Source: an uncultured Desulfosarcina sp.
Lineage (GTDB): Bacteria; Desulfobacterota; Desulfobacteria; Desulfobacterales; Desulfosarcinaceae
Assembly: GCA_963674945.2 (NCBI GenBank)
Contig: CAXXWQ010000004.1
Location: 640,001-704,000 of the forward strand
DNA length: 64,000 nucleotides
Reading direction: 5' to 3'
Part shown: positions 1 through 10,065 of the stretch, piece by piece
How positions within the stretch are numbered: the stretch's first letter is position 1
Layout of the letters: every line of letters begins with the position of its first letter
Notes under the pieces: generated by a model
The model's database searches: none
Told to the model about the DNA's origin: nothing
Seen by the model: only the letters and a program-made list of their open reading frames with translations
Made by a program: the position numbers and the translations under genes

Positions 1-2
1 TT

Positions 3-293
3 TGCAGTGTTCTATCCAACACCACCCGTTTGATGGTGATGTGGCTTCTGGCAGACGGTGAAAAATCGGTCACAGAACTGGCGAACGCTTTGGAAATCTC
101 TGTTCCGAACGTTTCGCAACATCTTCGTATCATGAGGGACAAAGGGGCCGTACTTACCCGAAAGGAAGGGCAGAGCGTTTATTACCAGATTTCCAATCCG
201 AAATTTATCGAAGGGTGCAGGTTGATAAGAGAGGGAATACTGGAACAGAGAATCCTCGGAATGGAGGAACTCTCAACATCCATTGAAAAATAA
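3..293 (+). CDS. ArsR/SmtB family transcriptional regulator (5' partial)
   Basis: Frame is open from the window edge (CSVLSNTTRLMVMWLL); HTH segment SVTELANALEISVPNVSQHLRIMR followed by RKEGQSVYY. Confidence 0.9.
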   Translation, partial: CSVLSNTTRLMVMWLLADGEKSVTELANALEISVPNVSQHLRIMRDKGAVLTRKEGQSVYYQISNPKFIEGCRLIREGILEQRILGMEELSTSIEK

Positions 294-312
294 AAACCAT
301 TGGAGGCAATCG

Positions 313-1671
313 ATGAAAAAAGGCGAAAAACTTGTAATTATCGGATGCGGTGGAGTGGGCGGACCCGCCGCGATGCTATCCAGAAAGCTTATGCCGGACG
401 TGGATATCACACTGATCCGGGCCGACAAACGCTTTATTGTCAGGTGAGCCCTACCGCATGTGGTGGCCGGTCTGGTCACCCCGGAATCCATCGTTAACCC
501 GGACACGATGTTCTCCAGCAATAACATCAATCTCGTTATCGACAGGGCAAAGCACGTAGATGCCAAGGGGAAAAAAGTGACAACCGCGGATGGACGAGAG
601 TTCCCATATGACAAGCTTATCCTGAGCACGGGTGCCAGTCCCTTCGTGCCGCCCATTGAGGGACATGACCATAAAGGGGTGTTTACCCTGCGATCATTGA
701 GCGACGCCGAAACAATAAAAGGGTTTCTCGGCAACGCAAAACCAAAAAAACTCGTTTTTATCGGCTCCGGCTTTATCAGTCTTGAGGTTGCAAGCCTCCT
801 TTCAACAATGCACCCGAACGCTTATGATATCACCGTGATCGAACTCCTCAATCATCCGCTTCCGCTCATGCTCGACCCGGAGATGGGCAAAGAAGTCCTG
901 GATTTCCTGCAGGAAAAAGGTGTCAAGATGGTAATGGGTCGTAAGGTAGAGAAGGTCCTGGGACAGAAAGGATCGGTTTCCGGAGTTGAGCTGGATGGCG
1001 GCGAAAAGATGGACGCCGACATGGTCTTCATGAATGTAGGCGCACGTCCCAACCTTGAGCTGGCCAGCGAAATCGGACTCGAGATGGGACGTTTCGGGAT
1101 CAAGGTCAACAAATTCATGGAGACTTCTGATCCGGATATACTGGCCGGAGGCGACTGCGTGGAAAAGGAACACTTCATTACGAAACAACCCGTTCCCGGC
1201 CCTCTGCGTGGACCTGCGGTGATACAGGGGCGGCTCGCCGCGAAGAGACTGGCCGGTTTCGGAATCGAGTTCCCCGGAGTGCTGAACAGCTCGGCGTGCC
1301 AGATTTTTGAAAAAAGCATCGCCGCTACCGGCCTGACCGAGGAGCAGGCACAAAAAGAGGGCTTCGAAACGGTAAGTGCCACCGTTGCGTCCCGCAGCAA
1401 GCACGGCATGATACCGGGAATGAAACCCTGGACGCTGAAGCTTGTTTTCGATAAAAAAACGCAAAAGCTGATCGGTGGGCAGATCATAAGCGACAATGAA
1501 GCCCCAGCCAAGGAAATCGATAATATCAGCGCGCTGATTTTAGGGGGAAAAACAATCCCCGATCTAACCACTTTGATGTGTGCCGGAAATCCGGATTTGG
1601 CTTCCGAGCCAAGCCTTGAACCGATTACCGTTGCGGCGGAGCAGGCTTTACAGAAAGTGCGCAATGCATAG
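313..1671 (+). CDS. NADH oxidase/CoA-disulfide reductase family flavoprotein, probable selenoprotein (TGA 445-447, codon 45)
   Basis: GGAGG RBS then ATG 313; N-terminal Rossmann motif LVIIGCGGVG; FIVR*ALPHV puts TGA at the redox-Cys position, in frame with the 460-1671 ORF; second motif GSGFISLE. Confidence 0.9.
462..480 (+). promoter_or_regulatory. Candidate bacterial SECIS hairpin
   Basis: GGTGGCC-GGTCT-GGTCACC; G-initiated loop about 21 nt after the TGA. Confidence 0.65.
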
Positions 1672-1692
1672 GTATTCGATTCTTATCCATAC

Positions 1693-1789
1693 GTAGATAC
1701 CCACGGGTAAGTCCGCTGGGTATCTGCACATAAACGACAAAAAGACGGCGGTTGAGGAGATTTCATTTTCTCTTTTGCCGCTGTCTTTT
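1693..1789 (+). terminator. Two tandem hairpins after the NADH oxidase gene
   Basis: gtagataccca...tgggtatctgc and aaagacggcgg...ccgctgtctttt. Confidence 0.5.
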
Positions 1790-2606
1790 CGGACTCGAAG
1801 TAAAAGAGAAGATATCCAATCCTATTCCTGATTCTGCAACAATTGATTCACTTTGCACCGCACGTTTTGATGAGGATTCCGGTAACAGTTCCTCCCCGCG
1901 ACAAAAAAGCATAGGCATGGATTTCCTGCATATTTGTAAAGTGTTATAAAATCAGAGACAAAACCAGACTCACACACCTGGCATCGGGATTTGCACCATC
2001 TGCGACTGCAAGTGTGTATCGATGGTTTGAAAAGAAAAGCCGGATGTTATTTTACGAAAAGGTAAGATTTGCTTTCTTCGAGAAGAAATAGGAAGCGACG
2101 GCTTTTTCGCCAGAACTGTAAGCGCACAACAATTCATCATATTGGTAGTCATGCAATCCTCCTCAACAGGTTATGGGCCTATGGGATTGAAATGAGCGCC
2201 GACCGCCGAAGGAAAAAGACCTGTTTCAGTTGGAGTACTATCAAAAGGACTACTGCTAACGAAGAGTATTTCCGATCACTTCAGTATATTTTAAATGATT
2301 TTTATCATTGACAAAAATCTTTGGATCTGTTTTTAATACTTCTTCATTTTCAGGGACGCGCCATAAAGCCTACTAAAACAAATAAAATGCATGGAAAGAT
2401 TCCATTCATTTTGCACATACCAATATAAATACTGTTATATCAAGTTGTTAATTAGTAAGCAATGATTTTGGATAGAAATATTCCATATAATTATTGGCAT
2501 GTCAAGTTGAATTGTGATATGGATGACTTATCTCTACGGAAATTGCGTGGACAAAGATAACGCCGATGAAATTTAAATACAATAGAAAGCAAAAGACATC
2601 GAAAAA

Positions 2607-3140
2607 GTGAAAAAACAAAACAATACTGAAAAAATAGCACGGCTCACATCGGACCTACTGCTCAAATCGTGGTTGGAAATCGATGAGATGTTGCCTGAAC
2701 AGCTTCAGCCAATCAGGGATGATTTGAAACGTCGCCGAACCAGATCAGGAAAGGGAACAAGACTTTCCACTAATTTTATGATGTTTACTTGTACGGCTGG
2801 AATTCTAGAACGTGATGGCGCAATGACAATGGGGCAACTCAGCAAAGCCACCTCGATTCCCCAAAGCACCGCTACCCGGATGGTTGACTGGATGGTGGAT
2901 AATGGGTATGTGGAACGGTTTCATGATGCCGATGACAGGCGTGTCGTCCGTATACGCCTGACCGACAGCGGTCGTAAAATTCTGCTGGCTGCCAGAGAAC
3001 AGTTAAAGGAGCTTGCCGCCACCATCGTGAAGCGAGTTCCGGCAATTCAGCGGACGGCACTGTTCTTTATGCTGACAGACCTCACCAGCGCATGGACAAG
3101 TGTATACGAGGAACAAATTGCTTCCGGACAAGCCTCATAA
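2607..3140 (+). CDS. MarR family transcriptional regulator (paralog 1)
   Basis: MTMGQLSKATSIPQSTATRMVDWMVDNGYVER and DRRVVRIRLTDSG. Confidence 0.92.
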   Translation: MKKQNNTEKIARLTSDLLLKSWLEIDEMLPEQLQPIRDDLKRRRTRSGKGTRLSTNFMMFTCTAGILERDGAMTMGQLSKATSIPQSTATRMVDWMVDNGYVERFHDADDRRVVRIRLTDSGRKILLAAREQLKELAATIVKRVPAIQRTALFFMLTDLTSAWTSVYEEQIASGQAS

Positions 3141-3423
3141 CAGAGTACGTTTTCCACCATAGGGGGACAACCACCGGCATCGTGCATTATTATTACCAAT
3201 ACGAAAGCTTCAATCATTGCCCATCCGCAGTTAACCGGAAGGCCTGACGGGACCAACACAGCACAATAAAATACCAGTAATTTTGCATTATTGCCTGCTT
3301 CTCGGTGATTCGATGTATTCTTGCGGAGCGAACAAAATTGACATCCACCGTCACCTTTTCGGTGCACTGGGCCGACAAGGTCGGCCCAGTGCATATTGTT
3401 GACGGCAAGTAGTTCTTATTGAT

Positions 3424-4629
3424 CTAAGCTTTCGTTATGCCTGCTTCAATAACCAACTCAAGAATATCCAGTGTGTCCAAATCGGATCCTGCGGAGTTGA
3501 TACCATCGATAATGTTTCTTTTGCAAGAAGGGCAGGCCGACAGGACCACCTCTGCGCCCACCTCTTTTGCTTGTGACGCCTTGTCCGTGCCAATCTCTAC
3601 CGCCAAATCGAAGTTGATACCTTTGACTCCACCGCCACCCCCACAGCACCAGGTCTTCTCTTTGGTTCTTACAAATTCCACCACTTCAAGCCCGGGAATG
3701 GCCTCGAGAATTTTCCTAGGCTCATCGAAGACGCGCATATCCCGACCCAGTTCGCAAGGATCATGATAAACCACCTTCTTTTTGACCTCTTTGGTGAACT
3801 TCACCTTGCCCTGTTCAATCATCTCGGACAACACCTGCACGATATGCTTGGGTTTGATTTTATATTCGTCGCCTGAAAGCTTCAGTATCTTTGGATAATC
3901 CTGAACGAGGATACGATAGCATCCTGCACAGGAGGCGATCACCGTCTTGCCCTTCATCAGTTCATAGTTGTGACGCATCAGATCTCGGGCCAGCATTAGA
4001 TTTCCCATCATCAACATGGGATTGCCGCAGCAGTGCTCTTCCTCTCCCAGGATGTTGAAGGGGATGTCAAGAATATTCATAACCTTACCGACAGCCTGGG
4101 CGATCTCGACTTCCCTGAAGCTGGACAGACACCCCACGAAATAGATGGTATCGGCGTTGGGATCCAGCTTGATATCCTCTTCTTCCGCCCAGTCACCTCT
4201 CTCATCGTTTGGGTAGCCCATGACATTGTCGGACTTCTCAATGGCGTCGCAGAACATGTGAACTTCTGGCGGAAGTTCGACCCCGGAAGAATAAAGCTCA
4301 GCCCTCAAGGCCTTAACGAGATGCGGATGGTTAATGAGCGGCGTACCACCGGCTGCCAAATCCAATGCCCCGCATGTTTCCCGGCAGTTGCCGCAAAGGA
4401 GACACTCATATACATCTTTGACCGGAACGTCCTCGAGTTTCAGCGTGCCGTTTAAAACCTCCTTGGCCAGCGCCACTCTGCCGCTGGGAAAATTTGTCCA
4501 GAACCCTGCCGAATGTTCGCCCGAAGGGCATACTCGGTAGACCTTTTCAAAATGATCATATTTTGCACGGCAGACACCGCACCGGATACATCTGTTAGCA
4601 TCGTTTCTATACTTTTCTAACTCGCCCAT
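3424..4629 (-). CDS. GlcF/HdrD-like Fe-S oxidoreductase (two 4Fe-4S motifs, two CCG domains)
   Basis: CIRCGVC, CLLCGNCRETC, CCGNP, YHDPCELGR, CCGGGGG, ACPSC. Confidence 0.9.
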   Translation of the reverse strand: MGELEKYRNDANRCIRCGVCRAKYDHFEKVYRVCPSGEHSAGFWTNFPSGRVALAKEVLNGTLKLEDVPVKDVYECLLCGNCRETCGALDLAAGGTPLINHPHLVKALRAELYSSGVELPPEVHMFCDAIEKSDNVMGYPNDERGDWAEEEDIKLDPNADTIYFVGCLSSFREVEIAQAVGKVMNILDIPFNILGEEEHCCGNPMLMMGNLMLARDLMRHNYELMKGKTVIASCAGCYRILVQDYPKILKLSGDEYKIKPKHIVQVLSEMIEQGKVKFTKEVKKKVVYHDPCELGRDMRVFDEPRKILEAIPGLEVVEFVRTKEKTWCCGGGGGVKGINFDLAVEIGTDKASQAKEVGAEVVLSACPSCKRNIIDGINSAGSDLDTLDILELVIEAGITKA

Positions 4630-4641
4630 TTTGCCGTCTCC

Positions 4642-6102
4642 TTATGCAAAGAAAACCCCAGGATTCATGATGTTGTTGGGATCCAGATGTTGCTTCATCG
4701 TCAGACAGAAATCATAAAATTCCGGCGTCCAACCCTGTGCCTTTTTATTGGCTTCGTGTCCCTGGGTGGCCTCGAGCACATATCCTTTCCGCTGCGCCTG
4801 CTCGAGATATTCCACCATTATTTTGTATATCTTATCGCGCAGTTCCTGGTCACTTTCAGGTGTAAACGGCACGATCGTCGTCATTCCCATGCCGGTTCCC
4901 GATGACAAAAGTCCTGAAATGATAGCAAGTCTGTTTTTATCGATGCCATTCTTCTCTAGGTTCGTAAATAGAAAGTCGCGGGTCCACTTATATGATTCCA
5001 GGATTTGACTTCGAGGCAGGATGAGTTCAAACAGGGGTACGGCACCAAAAGTTGCGAAGTTGTTCATCCCATGTGTAAAATGGGTGAAATTTTGGGCGAC
5101 ACCGAGTATTGCCGGATCGGCGACTTCACCGCCATGTTTGGCACAAATTGCATCTGTGGTTTTGTGTTTAAGGTCCACCTCTTCCTGCGTATTGCCGATG
5201 GAGAGAAACATGACGACCCATTTGGGTGCACCCTGCCCTTTGGTGATAATATTGACAAACTCAGGACTGAGCAACATCCCCACAGCATAGGGCTGCATAT
5301 AAAGGTAAGGGTCAATTTCCCACAATTCGTTGTAGGCCGCAAATGCTTCGTCCAAAGTATCCCAACAACGACCTCCGCCAATTTCGAATTTCGGCAAGCG
5401 AAACATGCGATAGGTTGCCTCGGTCTTTATCCCATAGATTCCGCCATCGCCGATGAAAATACCGGCCATGTCCGGTCCATGCATTGCCCGCGTCCAGGTA
5501 TTTCCCCGATATGTGGACATCGATCCGCCACCCGTTCCGGTATCGACGACCTTTCCATTGGGAAGAACCACTTTTATCCCCAGCAGGTAATGCCAGTTCC
5601 ATCCGACACAGAAACCATAGCTTCCGAAACCGGCGCCCGGCTCCCCACTGATATGACCACCGATGGTATCGATGTAGTGTGGCGTACCGGCCGTATGCAA
5701 ATCATATCCCAGCGCATTCACCTTACCAGCCAGTTCTCCCCACGTGATCCCGGCCTGGGCGGTTACACACATGTTCGCTTCATCGATTTCGATGACCTTA
5801 TCCATCCGTTTCATGTCGACGATGATGCCTCTTCCCGGCTGCCCTTTGGGAACACCGGAAATGGATGCTTTTCCACCCATTGGAATCAGAGGGGTGCGCG
5901 TCTGATTCGCCAGCCTTACGATCTCCACAACCTCCTCCGTGGAACCTGGCCGTACGATGACACCCTGGGGCTTGGCGGGAGGAAAGAGACTAATATCCCT
6001 GGTATAGGATAATAGGGCTCCCTTGTTGTCTGTGACATATTCGGCGCCAACAATTGCCCCCAGTTCTTCGTAGAGTTCATGATGCTTTTTTGCCATAGCC
6101 AT
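4642..6102 (-). CDS. GlcD-like FAD-binding oxidoreductase (VAO/PCMH family)
   Basis: RPGSTEEV, TIGGHI, GIYGIKTEAT, C-terminal LDPNNIMNPG. Confidence 0.9.
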   Translation of the reverse strand: MAMAKKHHELYEELGAIVGAEYVTDNKGALLSYTRDISLFPPAKPQGVIVRPGSTEEVVEIVRLANQTRTPLIPMGGKASISGVPKGQPGRGIIVDMKRMDKVIEIDEANMCVTAQAGITWGELAGKVNALGYDLHTAGTPHYIDTIGGHISGEPGAGFGSYGFCVGWNWHYLLGIKVVLPNGKVVDTGTGGGSMSTYRGNTWTRAMHGPDMAGIFIGDGGIYGIKTEATYRMFRLPKFEIGGGRCWDTLDEAFAAYNELWEIDPYLYMQPYAVGMLLSPEFVNIITKGQGAPKWVVMFLSIGNTQEEVDLKHKTTDAICAKHGGEVADPAILGVAQNFTHFTHGMNNFATFGAVPLFELILPRSQILESYKWTRDFLFTNLEKNGIDKNRLAIISGLLSSGTGMGMTTIVPFTPESDQELRDKIYKIMVEYLEQAQRKGYVLEATQGHEANKKAQGWTPEFYDFCLTMKQHLDPNNIMNPGVFFA

Positions 6103-6179
6103 TATAAAGCACCTCCGTTAAAGGTTTGTTTATTTCCAACTGCAATCATATGGTGAAGTTTCGCGCATTTTACGGAAGT

Positions 6180-6226
6180 AATTCCAAAGTGTCAAGTCAA
6201 ATAAGATTTGATATGGAAATATTCCA
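6180..6226 (-). promoter_or_regulatory. Composite operator/promoter upstream of glcD-like gene
   Basis: Minus strand TGGAATATTTCCA-N17-CTTGACA-N3-TGGAATT; TTGACA-N17-TAAAAT fits sigma70. Confidence 0.75.
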
Positions 6227-6550
6227 AACATATTACAAAACGAAAAATATCCAACGCATATATTTATTTTTTATTTTATAACAATATGTTATCATCCTAA
6301 ATGGCCTCAAGCCACTATCGGGACAACCATATCACCGTATTCTTAATACCGACGCGGACAGATTGTTCGATAACAACGGCACGATAGATACGAAACATGC
6401 TGGATTTAAAATTAATTTCATAAAATTGATGGCAAACTCCGATTTTCTTTTGGTACAATGCGATTTGCATCGTACAGCGATGTTTATCTTATCAAATCCT
6501 GGGCAATGAAATAAAATTCACATCGTTACAAAGCACCGCCTTATTTTGGA

Positions 6551-6597
6551 TGGAATATTTCCAATTTGATAAAGTATTATCTTGACACTCTGGAATT
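6551..6597 (+). promoter_or_regulatory. Composite operator/promoter upstream of methyltransferase operon
   Basis: TGGAATATTTCCA-N17-CTTGACA-N3-TGGAATT. Confidence 0.75.
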
Positions 6598-6784
6598 AAA
6601 TATGATAGGAGAAACAATCGTCTTTGCTGCAGACAACTATGAATTTTCATGGTTTTTGCTTCCGTCGCAAGAAATATCATCACCGATATTTATTCTTAAT
6701 TATGAAGACACTCCCAAACAAGGTAACAAGAAGGCCTTAAAAATCAATTTGCAGTTCTTGATATTTGAAAGGAGGAAGGTAGAC

Positions 6785-8020
6785 GTGGCTACGAAAAAAA
6801 GATTGGCACAATTTGGAGAGATGCAGGGTGCGCCGGACTGGTACGGCACTCCCCTGGACGAAATTCATTTCGAATGGTCCCCCGAAGAAGAAGTAGAAAT
6901 TGAGCGCTACTGCGAAAAAATCCTAAAAAACATCGAAGAAGAAGGTGGGATGACCCCCGCCGAACGGTTTAAGGCGACATTCGAGAATAAACCGAGAGAT
7001 CGTGCGCTGGTTTACGTTTTATACGGCAACGTATTCGGATCCAAAGTTCTGGATTCCGAAGCCAATGCCATTATGCCTATCGACATTTACAAATACCCGA
7101 AACTGTGGGTCAAAGTGCACCTGGCCGCCGTCGCCCGATTTAAGTTAGACTTTGCCAATTCTTACGGGATCGCCTATGGCGAGGAATTCTATCGTGCCAA
7201 TGCCATGATGATCGAATATGGCAACCCGGTTATCGCCGAAGATCCCAAAATAAAGACAATGGAGGACCTTGAAGGTATTGTGGCGCCCGATCCCAAGCTG
7301 GATGGATTGTATCCGGGATACCTCTGGGCCAACCGCGAGCTGCGACGCATCTATGACAAATATGGTCTGACCGGCAAGATGTGTATGATGCCACGCATCT
7401 GCGGTGATCCGCATTCCATCGTCATGATGTACATGATGGGCTACGCAGGATTTGCCAAGGCTCTGCGAAAGAATAAGGAGTTGGCCATAAAATGCCTGGA
7501 AATCGCCACCGAATGGGAGATCGCCTATGGAAAGGCCGTTCAGGAAGCGGCCCAGGCCGAATCACTTTACATGTGTGCAATGACAGGCGCCCAGCCTCCG
7601 AAAGGCTACGAGTGGCTGGCAGAATACTGGGCCAAGGTCGGCCAGGCTTTGGCTCCCAAGTCCTGGAATATTTACGGTTACGGCTATGCGGGAGCACTCC
7701 AATGGCTGGACATCCTCAAGGAAAATGGTGCATTGGGTGACGGCACCTTCCGTGGCGGGCTCCACGATTACCAATGTCCCTTCAAACCGATGATCGACTG
7801 GCATCGGGATAATGAACTCACCCTCTTCAGTATGAACTCAGACAAGACACTTTTGGATGGGCCGATTTCCAAGATCGAAGAAGAGGTCAAAGAGATTGTC
7901 GAATACGGCAAATCCTATAACGGATTCGGCATCGCAATCGGCATGGTGGACTACTGGACCCCATTTGCCAACCTGGATGCTGCAGTTGCAGCCGCCAAGA
8001 AATACGGCCGAACCGAATAG
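6785..8020 (+). CDS. UROD/MtaA-CmuA fold corrinoid methyltransferase (Cys form)
   Basis: GGAGG RBS and GTG 6785; MTPAERFKA..DR motif; C-terminal TPFANLDAAVAAAKKYG; adjacent to a corrinoid protein. Confidence 0.85.
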   Translation: MATKKRLAQFGEMQGAPDWYGTPLDEIHFEWSPEEEVEIERYCEKILKNIEEEGGMTPAERFKATFENKPRDRALVYVLYGNVFGSKVLDSEANAIMPIDIYKYPKLWVKVHLAAVARFKLDFANSYGIAYGEEFYRANAMMIEYGNPVIAEDPKIKTMEDLEGIVAPDPKLDGLYPGYLWANRELRRIYDKYGLTGKMCMMPRICGDPHSIVMMYMMGYAGFAKALRKNKELAIKCLEIATEWEIAYGKAVQEAAQAESLYMCAMTGAQPPKGYEWLAEYWAKVGQALAPKSWNIYGYGYAGALQWLDILKENGALGDGTFRGGLHDYQCPFKPMIDWHRDNELTLFSMNSDKTLLDGPISKIEEEVKEIVEYGKSYNGFGIAIGMVDYWTPFANLDAAVAAAKKYGRTE

Positions 8021-8037
8021 GGCATTATCGGTTTAGA

Positions 8038-8154
8038 GTCAACGACCACCCGCAAAGTGGGTGGTTTGGATTTCCGGCCAAAGGCCGGATACCCAGAAAG
8101 CACGGTCATGCTTTCATCATTCGCGCTGTAACCGGGTGCACAGCACCCGGTTTG
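8038..8154. mobile_element. Probable non-autonomous IS200/IS605-derived palindromic element (four hairpins)
   Basis: GTCAACGACCACCCGC-AAA-GTGGGTGGTTTG at one end, AACCGGGTGC-ACA-GCACCCGGTTTG at the other, two internal hairpins. Confidence 0.5.
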
Positions 8155-8198
8155 AATACAACGAATAAACCCACTACAGGGAAAAGGAGTAATAAAAG

Positions 8199-8849
8199 AT
8201 GTCACAAGAGCTTCTGGATAAAATAAAAGAGGCCATGATTGAGCTTGAGGATGATGACATCGTGGAGCTGCTCGACCAGGGACTTGAAGCGGGTGTGCCT
8301 CCCATGGAAATGATCACACATGGACTGGCCCCCGGCCTGACCGATATCGGTGATGGATTTGAAAAGGGCGTGCGGTTCATGAATGACCTGGTGCTGGCAG
8401 GTGAGATCATGAATGATTCCATGGAGAAACTACGCCCGATTTTGGAAGGCAGCGGCGGATCCAAAGGCGAGACCATGATCATCGGAACTGTCGAAGGTGA
8501 CCAGCATAACATCGGCAAACGAATCGTTGGCGCTCTTTTCACCGGTGCAGGATATACGGTAATCGATATTGGTGAGAACCAGCCGGCCAGTGAGTTTGTG
8601 AAGGCGGCAAAAGAGCATAAGGCGAAAGTGGTGGGCGCCTCGGCTATTCTCGGTCCTCTGAAATCCTATTGTAAAGTTATCAACGATGCTCTCGTTGAAG
8701 CCGGAATAAGAGAGGATTTGGTCTACGTTATCGGCGGTTGGGGCATGACCGACGAGTGGGCCGACAAAACCGGAGCCGACTGCGTTGGTGAGAACGGTGT
8801 CGAAGCCGTCACCAAGGTTCAAGAGTTTCGGGCCCACAAAGGATTATAA
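8199..8849 (+). CDS. Methyltransferase cognate corrinoid protein (MtaC/MttC-like)
   Basis: Helical cap domain plus GTVEGDQHNIGK (DxHxxG), VGASA, IGG. Confidence 0.92.
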   Translation: MSQELLDKIKEAMIELEDDDIVELLDQGLEAGVPPMEMITHGLAPGLTDIGDGFEKGVRFMNDLVLAGEIMNDSMEKLRPILEGSGGSKGETMIIGTVEGDQHNIGKRIVGALFTGAGYTVIDIGENQPASEFVKAAKEHKAKVVGASAILGPLKSYCKVINDALVEAGIREDLVYVIGGWGMTDEWADKTGADCVGENGVEAVTKVQEFRAHKGL

Positions 8850-8861
8850 GTAAAGAAAATC

Positions 8862-8975
8862 TTGGTGAACTCGTAAAAATGCGCCGGAATGATGTTATTG
8901 TAAATCTCCAAGCATTAATTTTCTACCGTTACAGACCCGAAAAGTAAAATTCTCAAATTTTTACGAGTTCATCAA
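8862..8975. mobile_element. MITE-like element with 19-bp terminal inverted repeats
   Basis: TTGGTGAACTCGTAAAAAT ... ATTTTTACGAGTTCATCAA (18/19 match). Confidence 0.65.
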
Positions 8976-9173
8976 TCTCAACACATCGAAAATGGAGGCC
9001 AACAGACTTGAAGTTGTAAGGCCTCCATTTGTTTGTATGTTCGTGTAAACCGAATAAACCAAATGACATTTCAGTAAGACCATCAGCTGAATCGGTGAAA
9101 CAGGCCTGTCTATACATCGTCACCTAAATTTGAAATATATAGACGATTCAACGATGGCAAAGGAGAGATGAGA

Positions 9174-9527
9174 ATGGCGGAAAAAGATGCCATAAAAAAC
9201 AGACTGGATCGGATGGTGAAAAAACTGGAAGAGATCGGACCGGATGTGGCGGAAGGCTGGGGCGGTACGATACTTTTTAAGATCGTGGACCTCGATACCG
9301 GCTGGATGATGAAGTTTGCACAAGACGGAACCGTGGAGAGCCTGGAAGAAAAGGTCGATGAAGACGCCGCAACCAGTATTCTGGAGTTTAAAAGCGACGC
9401 GTTTATTGATGTTTTCAACGGGAAGGTTCCTCCTGCACAGGCCAAGGGGATAGGAGATATGCGAGTATACAAATCCATTGATGCCCTTGTCGCGATCATG
9501 CCGGAGGTCATCGAAAAGGAAAACTGA
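9174..9527 (+). CDS. SCP2 sterol/lipid-binding domain protein
   Basis: About 117 aa; pattern FIDVFNGKVPPAQAKGIGDMRV resembles the SCP2 C-terminal signature; paralog at 44632. Confidence 0.7.
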   Translation: MAEKDAIKNRLDRMVKKLEEIGPDVAEGWGGTILFKIVDLDTGWMMKFAQDGTVESLEEKVDEDAATSILEFKSDAFIDVFNGKVPPAQAKGIGDMRVYKSIDALVAIMPEVIEKEN

Positions 9528-9557
9528 AGAATATTCAAGAACACGGAGAGACAAAAG

Positions 9558-10028
9558 ATGAAAAACATGTACGGCAAGGAACTCATATTTCCTGAAGATC
9601 TTTACTATACGGAAGAATTGCTCTGGGTAAAAGACTTGGGTGGAAGCAAGATCAGAATCGGGGTCTCTGACCTCGGTGTTAAATCGGTAAAACATCTCGT
9701 TCATGTTAAAATGTCGGCCAAAACCGGCGACAACGTCGCCAAGGGCGATTCTATGGGTCATATCGAAACAACAAAAGGTGTCTGGGTGATTAACGCTCCT
9801 ATCGCCGGAACCATCCTTGAGATCAATAAACCCTGTACCATGGGAAATGCCAACCCCATTGATTCGGACAATTATGGTACAGGATGGATAATGGATATGG
9901 AAATCGGAGACGCCGGCGAATTGAAGACGCTCATGAGCGGCGCGGATGAGGAAACGAAGAAATGGCTCGTGGAAAAAGCCGAAGAAATCGTTCCTCTGTG
10001 GGAAGAAGAAGACGATGAAGATGATTAG
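9558..10028 (+). CDS. gcvH: GcvH-like lipoyl-carrier protein (type A, acidic tail)
   Basis: FPEDLYY..WVK..RIGVSD; lipoyl-Lys motif IETTKG; APIAGTILEIN; DNYGTGW. Confidence 0.85.
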   Translation: MKNMYGKELIFPEDLYYTEELLWVKDLGGSKIRIGVSDLGVKSVKHLVHVKMSAKTGDNVAKGDSMGHIETTKGVWVINAPIAGTILEINKPCTMGNANPIDSDNYGTGWIMDMEIGDAGELKTLMSGADEETKKWLVEKAEEIVPLWEEEDDEDD

Positions 10029-10065
10029 ACCGGTCATTGAATCTTAGAAAAGGGGCTACCACTAC

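Noticed and set aside
6566..6784. ORF-track N-terminal extensions (also 19234-19293 and 46223-46357)
   Set aside because: They overlap promoter motifs or the neighbouring gene; RBS positions and paralog alignment support later starts
8018..8020. TAG stops on methyltransferase and corrinoid genes as possible pyrrolysine
   Set aside because: They are at the homologous C-termini, the fold is not MttB/MtmB/MtbB, and no pyl genes are present
9558..10028. A complete glycine cleavage system
   Set aside because: No gcvP or gcvT in the window; only H-like and L components
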